DNA of 64,000 nucleotides from Saccharolobus islandicus REY15A. Lineage in GTDB: Archaea; Thermoproteota; Thermoprotei_A; Sulfolobales; Sulfolobaceae. Position 1 is the stretch's first letter. Every line of letters starts with the position of its first letter. The stretch lies in the NCBI RefSeq assembly GCF_000189555.1, contig NC_017276.1. The stretch is one strand, 5' to 3'. Made by a program: the position numbers and the translations under genes. Below the pieces are notes generated by a model. That model searched no databases. It saw only the letters and a program-made list of their open reading frames with translations, and was not told the origin of the DNA. Below, one piece after another: positions 1-10,689 of this stretch.

Positions 1-1
1 G

Positions 2-685
2 CTAAACCCTACTGTTGTTGTAGCATTTATCTTTATAATAATTGTAATTCTAATTCTATTCATAATAAAGTCTATTGTGCCACTAACCAGGGAAAAACCT
101 ATAACTACTACTTCTCATATTCCATTTAAGGAGTATTCTAAATTGATGAGAGAAGATAGAAGTGGATTAATCTTGCCCTTGCTGTTAGCTGTGAACAGGT
201 TTATTTTTGGAACAAGTTTTTTGTATATTCCACTCTATTTTACAGAGATAATAAAGGGAAGTCTACTGGAGTTGGGAATAATGCTTAGTACCGAGACTAT
301 AGCCATAAGTTTAGCCTCATCTCTATCAAAGTTCATTTCAGACAGATTGGGTAACGTAACAACGTTAGCAATGACAAGAATTCTAGCCGCTATAACGTAT
401 GCCTTACTTTACTTTGTAAAATCTCCCGTGATCTTTATATTAATAAACTGGGTTGGAACATTATTTATAGCTATGGATAACGTGCCAGAGGTCAGCGTAA
501 TCTCTAAGATGAAAACAGCTAATTTATCCATGTCGTTAATAGATTCTGTATCTACATTACTATCAATATCTTCTCCAATAATTGCTCTTTATATTTGGGT
601 AAACATATCCCCAGCTACCATATTCTTACTCTCCCTTTTAGTAATAATCCCATCAATATTAATGTTCAAATACAAAGTTGATTAG
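2..685 (+). CDS. MFS-type transporter, 5'-truncated by window edge
   Basis: Frame is open from base 2 through the ORF-track ORF 77..685; multiple hydrophobic helices and an MFS-like SDRLG loop. Confidence 0.7.
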   Translation, partial: LNPTVVVAFIFIIIVILILFIIKSIVPLTREKPITTTSHIPFKEYSKLMREDRSGLILPLLLAVNRFIFGTSFLYIPLYFTEIIKGSLLELGIMLSTETIAISLASSLSKFISDRLGNVTTLAMTRILAAITYALLYFVKSPVIFILINWVGTLFIAMDNVPEVSVISKMKTANLSMSLIDSVSTLLSISSPIIALYIWVNISPATIFLLSLLVIIPSILMFKYKVD

Positions 686-927
686 AGAGGTGGAAATTCT
701 TGTGACGTAATGGATAATCCCATTTTTGATTGATTCAGTTTTTATCAAAGCCAATGTAAAACTTACTTTTAAATCAACGCTTGATTTTGAATTTAAGCAA
801 AATTCAACAAACTTAACATCTATAATCTTTTTCTTCACACGGTTACAAACTCAGATCTGTTAGAGGCGAGGCATGTAATGCCACTTTTAAAACTTTTGTT
901 TATAAGATTGCATTGCTAAAATATTTT

Positions 928-2442
928 ATGGGAATTAAGTTACCCACATTGGAGGATTTAAGAGAGATTTCTAGACAATTTAATTTAGATCTAGAGGATG
1001 AGGAGTTAAAATCCTTTTTGTCATTAGTAAAACTGCAGTTAGAATCCTATGAGAGGTTAGACTCCTTACCAGATTATACTCCAAAAGTTAAATATCAGAG
1101 AACATTAGGTCGATCACCTGTGAAAGAGGAGAATCCTTATGGTGCTTTAGTGTGGGTAACTTCAATAAAGGGTAAGGAAGAGGGTAAGTTAAAGGGAAAA
1201 AGGATTTGCATTAAGGACAATGTGATGGTAGCGGGTATACCTATGCTTAACGGATCAAAAATGTTAGAAGGTTTTGTCCCGAATATGGATGCTACTGTAG
1301 TTTCAAGGATTCTGGATGAGGCTGGAGAAATCGTAGCTAAGACTACGTGTGAGGATCTATGCTTCTCAGGAGGTAGTCATACGTCTTATCCTTGGCCAGT
1401 ACTAAATCCGAGAAATCCCGAATATATGGCAGGAGGATCATCAAGCGGTAGTGCTGTAGCAGTAGCTTCTGGCTATTGTGATATGGCTGTTGGAGGGGAT
1501 CAAGGAGGTTCAATTAGAATTCCCAGTTCGTGGGTTGGGATATATGGACTAAAACCGACTTATGGACTAGTTCCATATACTGGTGCTTTCTCTATCGAGC
1601 CCACATTAGATCACCTAGGACCTATGGCTAATACGGTAAGGGATATAGCATTACTTTTGGAGGTAATAGCGGGAAGAGACGGATTAGATCCAAGACAGCC
1701 AGATAGTTTACCTCAACCTCCGGTTAAACCTTATTTGAACCTTATTGATGGCGAGATAAAGGGTATAAAAGTAGGTATAGTTAAGGAAGGGTTTAATTGG
1801 CCAAATTCGGAAAAGGACGTTGATGAGTTGGTGTTGGATTCTGCTAAGAAGTTAGAAGATTATGGGATTAAGGTAGAAGAGGTCTCCATACCTCTTCATA
1901 GAATGGGATTGGATATATGGACTCCCATTGGCATTGAGGGTGCTACAGCCACTATGATATTGGGAAGTGGGCTAGGATGGGGAAGGAAGGGTTTATTTGA
2001 GACCCAAATTGCCGATTTGTTTGGGAACTCCTTAAAATCCAAAGCTAGAGATCTTCCTAATACTGTAAAGGGCGTATTAATGCTAGGTTATTTCATGATA
2101 AGGGAATATAATAATAGGTATTATGCTAAGGCTAGAAATCTATCAATAATGTTAAAGGAAGCTTATGATGAAGCATTAAGGAAATATGATGCCCTCATAA
2201 TGCCAACAACTCCTATGAAAGCCATGAGGTATAGGAGTGAACCAAGTTTTGATGAGTATTTCATAATGGCATTAGGAATGATAAATAATACCGCTCCTTA
2301 TGACGTTACTGGACACCCTGCTATGAATGTACCTGTGGGATATTCGAATGGTTTACCAGTTGGGTTAATGATAGTAGGAAGCTACTTTGAAGAGGACAAG
2401 ATACTTAAAATAGCTAATATGTTTGAAAGAATGAAAAAATAA
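928..2442 (+). CDS. Amidase signature family enzyme
   Basis: [11 protein letters not shown] and [10 protein letters not shown] signature motifs; ATG at 928 preferred over TTG at 913. Confidence 0.92.
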   Translation: MGIKLPTLEDLREISRQFNLDLEDEELKSFLSLVKLQLESYERLDSLPDYTPKVKYQRTLGRSPVKEENPYGALVWVTSIKGKEEGKLKGKRICIKDNVMVAGIPMLNGSKMLEGFVPNMDATVVSRILDEAGEIVAKTTCEDLCFSGGSHTSYPWPVLNPRNPEYMAGGSSSGSAVAVASGYCDMAVGGDQGGSIRIPSSWVGIYGLKPTYGLVPYTGAFSIEPTLDHLGPMANTVRDIALLLEVIAGRDGLDPRQPDSLPQPPVKPYLNLIDGEIKGIKVGIVKEGFNWPNSEKDVDELVLDSAKKLEDYGIKVEEVSIPLHRMGLDIWTPIGIEGATATMILGSGLGWGRKGLFETQIADLFGNSLKSKARDLPNTVKGVLMLGYFMIREYNNRYYAKARNLSIMLKEAYDEALRKYDALIMPTTPMKAMRYRSEPSFDEYFIMALGMINNTAPYDVTGHPAMNVPVGYSNGLPVGLMIVGSYFEEDKILKIANMFERMKK

Positions 2443-2463
2443 TTTAAAAAAGATCAATTCATA

Positions 2464-3111
2464 TTATGTCGTTTTAACTTCTTTATAAGTGAACCACCAA
2501 TCAAAGGGCTGACCTAATCTCATTTTGGCATCTTTTATAGTTCTGGGTGCTGGATTAATAACCTTGTCTCCTATTAGTTCATTATTTGGCCAGTTCGCTG
2601 GTGTTACAACTCCAGCTTTATCAACTAATTGTAATGCTCTAATAGCCCTTAGAATCTCATCAATATTCCTTCCAATCTCCATAGGGTAGTATAGTATTAA
2701 TCTCACAGTTCCCTTATCGTCAATTATGAATACTGCCCTAACTGTAGCCGTAGAGGATTCTGCGTGAATCATTCCTAACCTCTTAGCTACATTACCCATT
2801 GGATCCGCAATTATTGGGAATGGAACTTCAACCTTTAGGTTCTTCTCTATCCACATCACCCATTCAATATGAGAGATGTTACTGTCAACTGAAAGTCCTA
2901 TTAGCTCTGTGTTCAACTTCTTGAATTCCTCGTATTTCTTAGAAAATGAATAGAACTCTGTAGTGCATACTGGCGTGAAGTCACCAGGATGACTGAATAA
3001 TACGAACCATCTCCCCTTGTAGTCGTCTGGTAACTTTATCTTACCATGTGTAGTTATTACTTCCATTTCAGGGAATTTCTCTCCTATTAATGGAATTCTT
3101 CCCTCACTCAT
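2464..3111 (-). CDS. Peroxiredoxin (Prx6/1-Cys type)
   Basis: [15 protein letters not shown] peroxidatic motif. Confidence 0.95.
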   Translation of the reverse strand: MSEGRIPLIGEKFPEMEVITTHGKIKLPDDYKGRWFVLFSHPGDFTPVCTTEFYSFSKKYEEFKKLNTELIGLSVDSNISHIEWVMWIEKNLKVEVPFPIIADPMGNVAKRLGMIHAESSTATVRAVFIIDDKGTVRLILYYPMEIGRNIDEILRAIRALQLVDKAGVVTPANWPNNELIGDKVINPAPRTIKDAKMRLGQPFDWWFTYKEVKTT

Positions 3112-3395
3112 TTTCTCATCTATATATAACTTTGGAATAGCTCCTATTTAAAATTAACTCATTCTCATTAAAATGTAACTTTTAAATTAAAGTCGTTCTA
3201 AATTTCCTATACTATCTGTAGTAGAGGTGGATGTGGTATGGAGAAGGTAGCGCTATTATGGTAAAATTAAGGTATCGAGCTTAAGATCTATTTTGAGATG
3301 CTTTCGTCACGGATATACTAAATATCCAGCAACTCATCTGAAATGGATAAATCATACATTAACTTTATATGCTATAAAAGAGGAAAATTGTATAT

Positions 3396-3761
3396 ATGAA
3401 AGTTGCAATAGCAGTTACAAATGGGTATGTTTCTGGACCAGGTGAAGGATTAGCTGTTCAAATTTATGAAATAAATGGGAACGAATACAAAATAATAGAA
3501 GAATATGGGAATCCTGCATTAAATGCTACTGCAGCCAGAGGTGTGCATATGTTAAAATCCGCCATTGATAAAGGTGTTAACGCAGTTGTTGTAGCGGAAA
3601 TGGGTCCTCCAGGATTTAGGTTTTTACAGAGGTATAATGTGAAGGCATATCTCGGAATGGGTCTTGATGCTAAGACTGCCTTGGAGAAGCTAATTAAAAA
3701 CGAATTACCTGAAATTACGCAACCAACACATGGGGAGCGTCACGGGGAACATTACCACTAG
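3396..3761 (+). CDS. NifB/NifX (FeMo-cofactor-binding-like) family protein with His-rich tail
   Basis: Family-like VVVAEMGPPG segment; C-terminal HGERHGEHYH. Confidence 0.7.
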   Translation: MKVAIAVTNGYVSGPGEGLAVQIYEINGNEYKIIEEYGNPALNATAARGVHMLKSAIDKGVNAVVVAEMGPPGFRFLQRYNVKAYLGMGLDAKTALEKLIKNELPEITQPTHGERHGEHYH

Positions 3762-4055
3762 AGTTGTCTACTCTCTTCTATGTTGGTGAAGTATATCCTT
3801 CTTATCATAATGATATCTATTATAGTTATTATAAGAGTCCATAATACAGAAGATAAAATGACAGCGTAAAGAGATACTCTTTCTCGTGCATTCTGAAAGT
3901 TTATTGGTGGTATATCCATAATATAATAGAAGCATCATCGATAAGTATAGAGATGTGTAGTCCAAAATGTTTGGATATTCTGAAGATGTGAATAGAGAAT
4001 AGAAGATAAAGCCTAATATTAGAGGTATGAAGCTAATTAAATTTTGCATTCTCAT
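3758..4055 (-). pseudogene. Frameshifted small membrane protein
   Basis: Two TM segments, then a frame change near 3870; the alternative frame gives a clean third TM (RVSLYAVILSSVLWTLIITIIDII) ending at TAG 3758. Confidence 0.5.
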
Positions 4056-4069
4056 TTCCTTAAATTTAA

Positions 4070-4390
4070 CTTAATTAGGGGTTAAGGGGGCGAAAGTCCC
4101 CTTCCGTAAGGTAGGGGATGAATAGCCCCCTTATAGAAACCTTTTTATTGCAAAAAATAGATAATTCTTAGGCCTCGGCTGTAAGAGCTGGGCCGTACCC
4201 TTGGGACTGGGGGAACTTACGCCTGTGGAGAGCAACCCTCCGTAACCCCTCTTCCACACGGGGCATTACAGAACGGTTCCGTTCGATGGAACCTCCGCTG
4301 TGGGTGAAGGGGGATCGAGGTTGCTCTGAGAAGCAGGAAATCCCCATCGTGAGGTGGAGATGCCCTGTCCGTAAGGGCGGGGTAGTTCAC
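4070..4390 (+). mobile_element. SMN1-like non-autonomous IS200/IS605 MITE, copy 1 (321 bp)
   Basis: Preceded by TTTAA (4065-4069), ends GGGGTAGTTCAC, subterminal hairpins, no TIR or TSD; differs from the copy at 17096-17416 at 3 positions. Confidence 0.92.
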
Positions 4391-4449
4391 AAATCCAGGT
4401 TCCATAATGTAAGCTCTTATTATTCCTCAGAATACTATATAAAGTGTTC

Positions 4450-4728
4450 CCCAGCCTATTAGATTAGGATTTATAAGGGTTCATTTTACGATATAGGTAA
4501 AGAGTCTTTTCATGGTTAATAGCCTTGTACACTTTCGGTCAGATGAAGTTCTCTGAGATACTGGAGTACTCTCGAATACCTAAAAGTTCCTTACTAATAC
4601 ATTTGCAAATCTTGTAAGAGGAAGGGTTAGTAATAACTAAAAAGGGTTTCACTGTGAATGGTGTAAGGACATTCGTGAGAATGACAGATAAAGGAAGGGA
4701 GACAGTAAAGGAGTACTTCAGACTATAG
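4450..4728 (+). pseudogene. Winged-HTH transcriptional regulator pseudogene
   Basis: Reads IALYTFGQMKFSEILEYSRIPKSSLLIHLQIL*EEGLV...VRMTDKGRETVKEYFRL*, with in-frame TAA at 4615-4617; 5' boundary approximate. Confidence 0.7.
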
Positions 4729-4867
4729 GTAACATGTCTTGAACTCTTGTAACTTCTGTTATATATTATTCTACTTATGTCTTTGATATTACATTTTAAG
4801 TTTAAAATTAACAGTTGGACTATTTAATAAAGTAAAGCTTAAAAAAGGATTTTTACATTATTACATA

Positions 4868-5059
4868 ATGGCGGGTAAATTTTATGTGATAGTAGGGATT
4901 TTAGCTCTACTCTTCATAATACTGTACTCTCTATTACCATTTTATTCCAAAAATGATCCAACGCTCCTAGGACTACCGTTATTTTATTGGTATCAAATTA
5001 TCCTAATGCCAATAGGGGCTCTTGTATTCTACGCAGTTGTCATGATTATAAGGGATTGA
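4868..5059 (+). CDS. DUF3311-like small membrane protein (SSS partner)
   Basis: 63 aa, two TM segments, GLPLFYWYQ motif, directly upstream of a sodium:solute symporter. Confidence 0.75.
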   Translation: MAGKFYVIVGILALLFIILYSLLPFYSKNDPTLLGLPLFYWYQIILMPIGALVFYAVVMIIRD

Positions 5060-5063
5060 GAAG

Positions 5064-6644
5064 ATGGACGGGTTACATGTCTCAATTCTTTCAATAGTAC
5101 TGTTTATATTTTTATTCGTAATTTTTGTATATTTAGGTTTCTACGGAAGCAGATGGAGAAGAGGAGATCTATCAAAGCTTCATGAATGGGCACTAGCAGG
5201 AAGAAGATTGGGGCCATACTTAATGTGGTTTCTACTAACTGCTGATTTATACACTGCATACACGTTTATTGCAGTACCCTCTCTAGTTCTAGCGAGTGGT
5301 CCAGTTGGATTTTTCGCAGCCTTCTATTCTGCAATCACTCCTTTCATAGCCCTACTCTTCATGCCCAGATTATGGACAATTGCTAAAAACAAGGGATATA
5401 TTACAGCAGCGGATTTTATTAAGGATAGATTTAACAACAAGATTCTAGCTGGACTTGTCGCAATTACCGGAGTGGTTGCTGAATTGCCATATATAGCGTT
5501 ACAAATAGTGGGTATGCAAGTAGCATTACTTATCCTATTATTAGGTTTAGGCGTTAGTAACATTTCACTAGCAAGTGATCTAAGCCTTTTGGTAGCCTTT
5601 ATAATCTTGGCAGCGTTCGTATTTACGAGCGGTCTTAGGGGTGCAGCGTTAACTGCAGTATATAAGGATATCATAATTTTAGGTACAGTAATAAGTATTG
5701 CAATATATGTCCCACTAGCTTTTGGAGGATTTTCGGGTGCATTTCATAACGCTCAAACATTAAGTTCACAGATTAATTTGGCATTAAATAATGTTAATAA
5801 GCCAATTTTCTATAACTATTTACCTAACACCCTAGCTGCACATACTGCTTATATTTCTTTAGCTATTGGAAGCGCATTCGCCCTTTATCTATATCCTCAC
5901 GCCGTGAATGCAAGTGTAAGTTCAGATTCTAAGAAATCCCTTAAATTATCCCTAGCATTACAACCCTTCTACTCGATCATATTAGCCATTATAGCTCTAT
6001 TTGGCATCCTAGCCTACGCCAATCCCAATGTGATTAGTTTTATCGCTAAAACACATTCTGGTGCAGTAACTGTTCCCGCTCTAATAGGGTATTCAATGCC
6101 AGATTGGTTTGTTGGAATAGCATTATTGGGAATTTTCATAGGAGGTCTAGTTCCTGCAGCCATAATGGCAATTGGAGCAGCTAATTTACTTACTAGGAAC
6201 ATCATAAAGGAGTTTAAACCCAATATGTCTCCTAGTACAGAATCAGCATTAGCTAAATGGATTTCTACTGCATTTAAATTTTTAGCCTTAGCTCTCGTAT
6301 TCGCTACACCATCAACATATGCCATACAGTTACAATTATTGGGTGGTATAATTATTTTACAAACTTTACCTTCAGTGTTTCTAGGACTTTATACTAATAA
6401 GCTCCATGGTTATGCGTTAGTGGGAGGTTGGGTGGGAGGAATGTTTAGCGGGATATATCTAACATTGTTGGCTAATCACTTTGGTCCACTTAAAACCTCG
6501 TCTTTCTTAACACCTTTAGGGCCAATGTATATAGGAGTAATATCAACTCTTATCAACTTAGCCATAGGATTAATTGGGACTGCAATAGCTTACGGAGTTG
6601 GATGGAGACCAGTAAGCAATATAAGAGCAGAAGAAATAGGTTAA
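5064..6644 (+). CDS. Sodium:solute symporter family permease
   Basis: About 13 TM segments; LAGRRLG and [13 protein letters not shown]-like motifs. Confidence 0.88.
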   Translation: MDGLHVSILSIVLFIFLFVIFVYLGFYGSRWRRGDLSKLHEWALAGRRLGPYLMWFLLTADLYTAYTFIAVPSLVLASGPVGFFAAFYSAITPFIALLFMPRLWTIAKNKGYITAADFIKDRFNNKILAGLVAITGVVAELPYIALQIVGMQVALLILLLGLGVSNISLASDLSLLVAFIILAAFVFTSGLRGAALTAVYKDIIILGTVISIAIYVPLAFGGFSGAFHNAQTLSSQINLALNNVNKPIFYNYLPNTLAAHTAYISLAIGSAFALYLYPHAVNASVSSDSKKSLKLSLALQPFYSIILAIIALFGILAYANPNVISFIAKTHSGAVTVPALIGYSMPDWFVGIALLGIFIGGLVPAAIMAIGAANLLTRNIIKEFKPNMSPSTESALAKWISTAFKFLALALVFATPSTYAIQLQLLGGIIILQTLPSVFLGLYTNKLHGYALVGGWVGGMFSGIYLTLLANHFGPLKTSSFLTPLGPMYIGVISTLINLAIGLIGTAIAYGVGWRPVSNIRAEEIG

Positions 6645-6684
6645 ATTCTTTTTTAAAAATTCGAATTATGTTATCATTTAAAAA

Positions 6685-7494
6685 CTAACACCTATTGATT
6701 AACCTCTCAGCGTTATGCTCCAATATTTTATCCTTGATATCTTGACTTAAATTTACACTCTTGAACTCCTCTATCCAACGTTCTGGCCTTATTAGAGGGA
6801 AATCTGAGCCAAACAATAATTTATCACTAAGTCTTTTAGCATTATTCCAAATCGTTTGAGGAATGTATCTCGGAGCCCACCCTGAAAGATCTAAATAAAT
6901 ATTAGGCTTATGTAACGCAATTGCAATTGCCTCTTCAGTCCACGGCCAACCGAAGTGGGCTAATACGATTTTCATGTTATGATATCTCACCGCTATTTCA
7001 TCAAAGTAAATTGGTCTGCCATAATCTAATCTAATACTCGATTTTACACCAGCCCCAATACCAGATGTACCAGTATGAAAAACAACAACTAGCCCGTGGC
7101 TATCAATTATCTCGTAAAGTTTTAATGCCCTTTCGTCTAGAGGATTGAAACCTTGCAGCTGTGGGTGTAATTTAACACCTATTGGCTCAAACTCCTTTAT
7201 TGCCTTTTTTAGTTCCTCAATAGCGTTTGGTTTTAGTGGATCAACTGAAATAAATTTCACAATCCTATCATCTAAGTTAACCACTTGATTTGGAATTCTT
7301 CTGCCCAAAAACGTCATGGAATCTATAGGTAATACGACAAATCTCTTTATCCCGAAAGACTCGTAATAATCTAAGGTCTCCTTCAATCCCTTAACTTCCA
7401 CTTTCGCATTAAAATACTTAATAGCGGGTTCAGCATATTCTCCCAAAAAATCTAAAAACTCTTTAACGGGAGCATGAAAATGAAAATCTATCAT
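6685..7494 (-). CDS. Amidohydrolase_2 family metal hydrolase
   Basis: IDFHFH, FHTG, LAHFG and FGSDFP motifs. Confidence 0.88.
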   Translation of the reverse strand: MIDFHFHAPVKEFLDFLGEYAEPAIKYFNAKVEVKGLKETLDYYESFGIKRFVVLPIDSMTFLGRRIPNQVVNLDDRIVKFISVDPLKPNAIEELKKAIKEFEPIGVKLHPQLQGFNPLDERALKLYEIIDSHGLVVVFHTGTSGIGAGVKSSIRLDYGRPIYFDEIAVRYHNMKIVLAHFGWPWTEEAIAIALHKPNIYLDLSGWAPRYIPQTIWNNAKRLSDKLLFGSDFPLIRPERWIEEFKSVNLSQDIKDKILEHNAERLINRC

Positions 7495-7620
7495 TATTAA
7501 ATCTATGTAATTAAGCGTTAAATACTTTACTGGAAGCTGATGATATTAGTGAGGTTAAATATGCGAAGACTGATGCTTGTGTTATCAAATAAAGAGATTG
7601 TTGAATTGTGGGAGAAGTAA

Positions 7621-8592
7621 TTAGAGTTGGAAAACAACATTAATATCAATATTTCTTCCATTTGCTGAAATTAGTCTAATTGTATAAGTGTTCCCAAGGG
7701 TAAGCTGTTGTAAATTAGTGTTGAAGTTTATTTTTATGGAATTATAACCTTTTGATAACTTTTTTGGTGTGATCTCATTTGTAGAGTAATCTGTATTTAG
7801 AATAATAGAACTGAGTATTTCCTCTTCAATATCAGAGGAGACAGCAATAAACGCTTCTCCATTACTTCTCAATATTCCACCATGTGTAATAATATTAGGC
7901 GTAGGAGAACTGCTTGAAACATTAGTAGATGAAGTAGTTTCACTAGGAGTAGAAGAGGCTTGAGTTGGAGGTGGAGCAGTAACAAGCTTTTTCATGGCTG
8001 ATAAGTTACCAAGTCCTATATACGTAATGATTAAACCTATAAACGCCAAGAGTCCCCCATATTCTAGTTTAAAGATGAATATGATAACCCCTAAAATTAA
8101 AACAATTCCTCCTATTGATAAGTGATTACTCCCATAGTGATTACCGATTAGCCTATACGAAAATCCCAACATTATAAACGTTATAAATGCAAACAACTCC
8201 ACTAATGTCTGTATTGGGTTAAGTATTGAACTAGTTATGCCGTTAAATATTAAAGACAATGTATACGTCACGACTCCAACTATTGCCAATATCGATAATA
8301 CTAGGAACAAGGACGATATTATATTTCCTATCCCAATATTTACTTCTGCCTTTCCTAATGTATAAAAACCTCGCTGAATATCGAGATATGTTAGTATTAT
8401 CAATAATGTGGATATTGCTGAGGAAGGTAATAACACTAGGAAGTCCTGTAGTGGTGTGGATAAGCCTAGATATTCCATGACGTAAGTGACTAGTATTGCA
8501 AGTAGCTCAATTAATATTATGATAATGATTTCAATATTACCTCTCTTTAAATAACTTAAGCCCTTATATTCTACTTCACTGTAACTCATCAT
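7621..8592 (-). CDS. DUF973-like membrane protein
   Basis: N-terminal TM bundle, S/T/P linker and C-terminal beta domain, an architecture typical of Sulfolobales DUF973 proteins. Confidence 0.6.
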   Translation of the reverse strand: MMSYSEVEYKGLSYLKRGNIEIIIIILIELLAILVTYVMEYLGLSTPLQDFLVLLPSSAISTLLIILTYLDIQRGFYTLGKAEVNIGIGNIISSLFLVLSILAIVGVVTYTLSLIFNGITSSILNPIQTLVELFAFITFIMLGFSYRLIGNHYGSNHLSIGGIVLILGVIIFIFKLEYGGLLAFIGLIITYIGLGNLSAMKKLVTAPPPTQASSTPSETTSSTNVSSSSPTPNIITHGGILRSNGEAFIAVSSDIEEEILSSIILNTDYSTNEITPKKLSKGYNSIKINFNTNLQQLTLGNTYTIRLISANGRNIDINVVFQL

Positions 8593-8640
8593 TTTATATA
8601 TAATCGTAACACTATTAAAAATGTTTCTAGAATTGTATAA

Positions 8641-9450
8641 TTATTGAGCAGCTTTCCAAGAAATAAAATAATAGCCAAAACTTGGATAAACGAGTTTTAG
8701 AATAATCCTATTTCTTTCAATAACTAAACGATGATTTGGTATTGGAGAAGGTATTTGAGGACCATCTATTACTACTAAGTCGTATCTTTCGGCTTTTACA
8801 TCTATAAATCTGTAACCCTCGGGGAACTTAATTTCTAATGTCGAGAATAAGGTAGGTTGTATTACTGATAAACCGTCCATCATTTCGGGATCCCCATATC
8901 TCTCTATTGTTTCCTTTTGCGTGAATGTGAAGTAGTTAGACTGAATTACTTTAAATCCATGTATTATTTTCTCTCCTACTCTTGTTGGTGGATTTAACGT
9001 TAGTTTAATGTAAGCTTTCTGGACTCCTAGTTCGATCTTCTCCACGATTATTTTACCAAATTCCCTTTTAGGCTTATAGACTTTCAATTTAGTTTTAACC
9101 TTATCATCAACCGACCAGTAACTATTATCTTCAATATATGATACGCCATTCTTTAATGCAACAGTATGAAATTTAAAGCTTTTAGTTTTACTCCTATCCT
9201 CATAAAATGTAACTTTAACCCTTTGTTCTAGATTAAGGAATTGGGAGTCTCGAACTAAGTGGAGCTCAAATCTGTTATTATTTAATTCTCCTTCAATTTG
9301 AATTAGTCCTAACTTATTGAGGATTAGTATAGCCTTGTATAACTGATTAGATGAAACTTTCTTAGATTTAGGAAGTTCTCGGGATGTAATATGCCCGTTA
9401 TTTTCCAACAAACTCTTTATAACGCTTAGCAGGATCTTCGGTTTCTTCAC
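8641..9450 (-). CDS. Uncharacterised protein: N-terminal winged-HTH plus beta-rich C-terminal domain
   Basis: Residues ~5-65 look like wHTH (SNQLYKAILILNKLGLIQIE); remainder unrecognised. Confidence 0.55.
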   Translation of the reverse strand: MKKPKILLSVIKSLLENNGHITSRELPKSKKVSSNQLYKAILILNKLGLIQIEGELNNNRFELHLVRDSQFLNLEQRVKVTFYEDRSKTKSFKFHTVALKNGVSYIEDNSYWSVDDKVKTKLKVYKPKREFGKIIVEKIELGVQKAYIKLTLNPPTRVGEKIIHGFKVIQSNYFTFTQKETIERYGDPEMMDGLSVIQPTLFSTLEIKFPEGYRFIDVKAERYDLVVIDGPQIPSPIPNHRLVIERNRIILKLVYPSFGYYFISWKAAQ

Positions 9451-9544
9451 ATCTTATCTATAAGATAAGAAAGTTTATTACTCTTTTTCCAGTTTCAATA
9501 AAGGCTAACTGATATTTTAGTAAAAAAACTATTTCCTTCTATTT

Positions 9545-9640
9545 TTACCACTCTTCTTCCTCTTCTTCCCATAAGTCCTCTTCTTCCTCGTCCCAGTCTT
9601 CCTCTTCTTCCCATAAGTCCTCTTCTTCCTCGAATATCAT
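9545..9640 (-). CDS. Unannotated 31-aa hyperacidic peptide MIFEEEEDLWEEEEDWDEEEEDLWEEEEEEW
   Basis: ATG at 9640, TAA at 9547-9545, GGAGTGG ribosome-binding-like motif just upstream; below ORF-track cutoff. Confidence 0.6.
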   Translation of the reverse strand: MIFEEEEDLWEEEEDWDEEEEDLWEEEEEEW

Positions 9641-10689
9641 TATACCACTCCATTTTAACCTTTAACATGGGATTAAAATGTTTTTGGGGGGAAAGTATAT
9701 CCATAGTCACATGCATTTATCAATGCGGCTTATGATAACTTAATTCTTCTCCACCAAAGGGTTAGGTCTCCTATCGGTAATCATGTCTCTGACCAGAATA
9801 TTAAGGTTCAGAGAACCCTATTTTACACCAATTTACAACAGAAACATAATTGCGATTGTCCTCAAAAACAGTACTCCACATCTAAACAATTATAACCAAT
9901 TTCCTTGGTTCTCGAAATTACATTTACGGCATATTATGAAGGAATACTTGGATTCGACGACTATTACTCCACTTCATTCTTATCAGCTTAATCTTGAATT
10001 GAATATTGAACAATCCTCCACTACATTAAATAAAGTTTATCCCTAAAACCTCTTCTGCGAATTGCTAAAGCATTTAAAATCATCTTGTTCAAATCCTCCA
10101 AAATGGTATCTTTACCTTAACCTCTTTGTCTTTATGCATTTTTCAGCTATGATATCTCTGAGTGACTCTCAGTACTTTAACGATTTCCCAGAGTAGAAGA
10201 ACTACCTAGTAGTTAGATCTAGAGCTTGTGAAGTAAAAATTTTTACAATAATGTTTAAAAAATTTTTATGCTATTCCCATCCTCTCCATCGAGGCTTACA
10301 AATGTAAGATATTTGATTGTATAATTAAATGTGATACTTTTCATAATATTTCCTTATTAGGTGATCACTTTTTATAGATGATGAGGAATAGACGCACAGA
10401 CTAATAATGAGGATTTAAACGCACTTGATTGGGCTCAATGCAATATCTAATCTATGAAATAGTACAGCGTGAGTTTTTGTCATAATGACTATACTTTAAA
10501 CTTTTTAGGTAATAAACTTAAGTCTTATACTAAATGAGTTATGCTTGTCTTTGAGGTTTTGAGAGATCTCCCAATCTATATAGGAACCTAAGTCTGAAGA
10601 ATTAAGTGGTGATATTTCATTTATAAGGAGGTTATAGTACCAGCTCCCTGGTGTAACTTTAATTTTCCTCTCAACAATATAAGTATGTT

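Noticed and set aside
4217-4405. 62-aa ORF on the minus strand
   Set aside because: Lies almost entirely within the SMN1 MITE; no recognisable protein features.
5324-6325. Antisense ORFs over long genes (here and at many similar places, such as 16012-16407, 34759-35283 and 58073-58657)
   Set aside because: Shadow ORFs opposite well-supported genes, with no motifs.
9548-9633. Tandem repeat as a possible CRISPR or mini-array
   Set aside because: Units are short, degenerate and lack unique spacers; explained by low-complexity coding.
9495-9716. 73-aa Arg/Gly-rich ORF in the ORF track
   Set aside because: It is an alternate frame of the GAA/GAG repeat; the acidic frame has the RBS, start and stop that fit the repeat exactly.
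9720-10680. About 1 kb gene-free stretch with short open frames
   Set aside because: No repeats, stable hairpins or recognisable domains found by eye; probably eroded pseudogene DNA.
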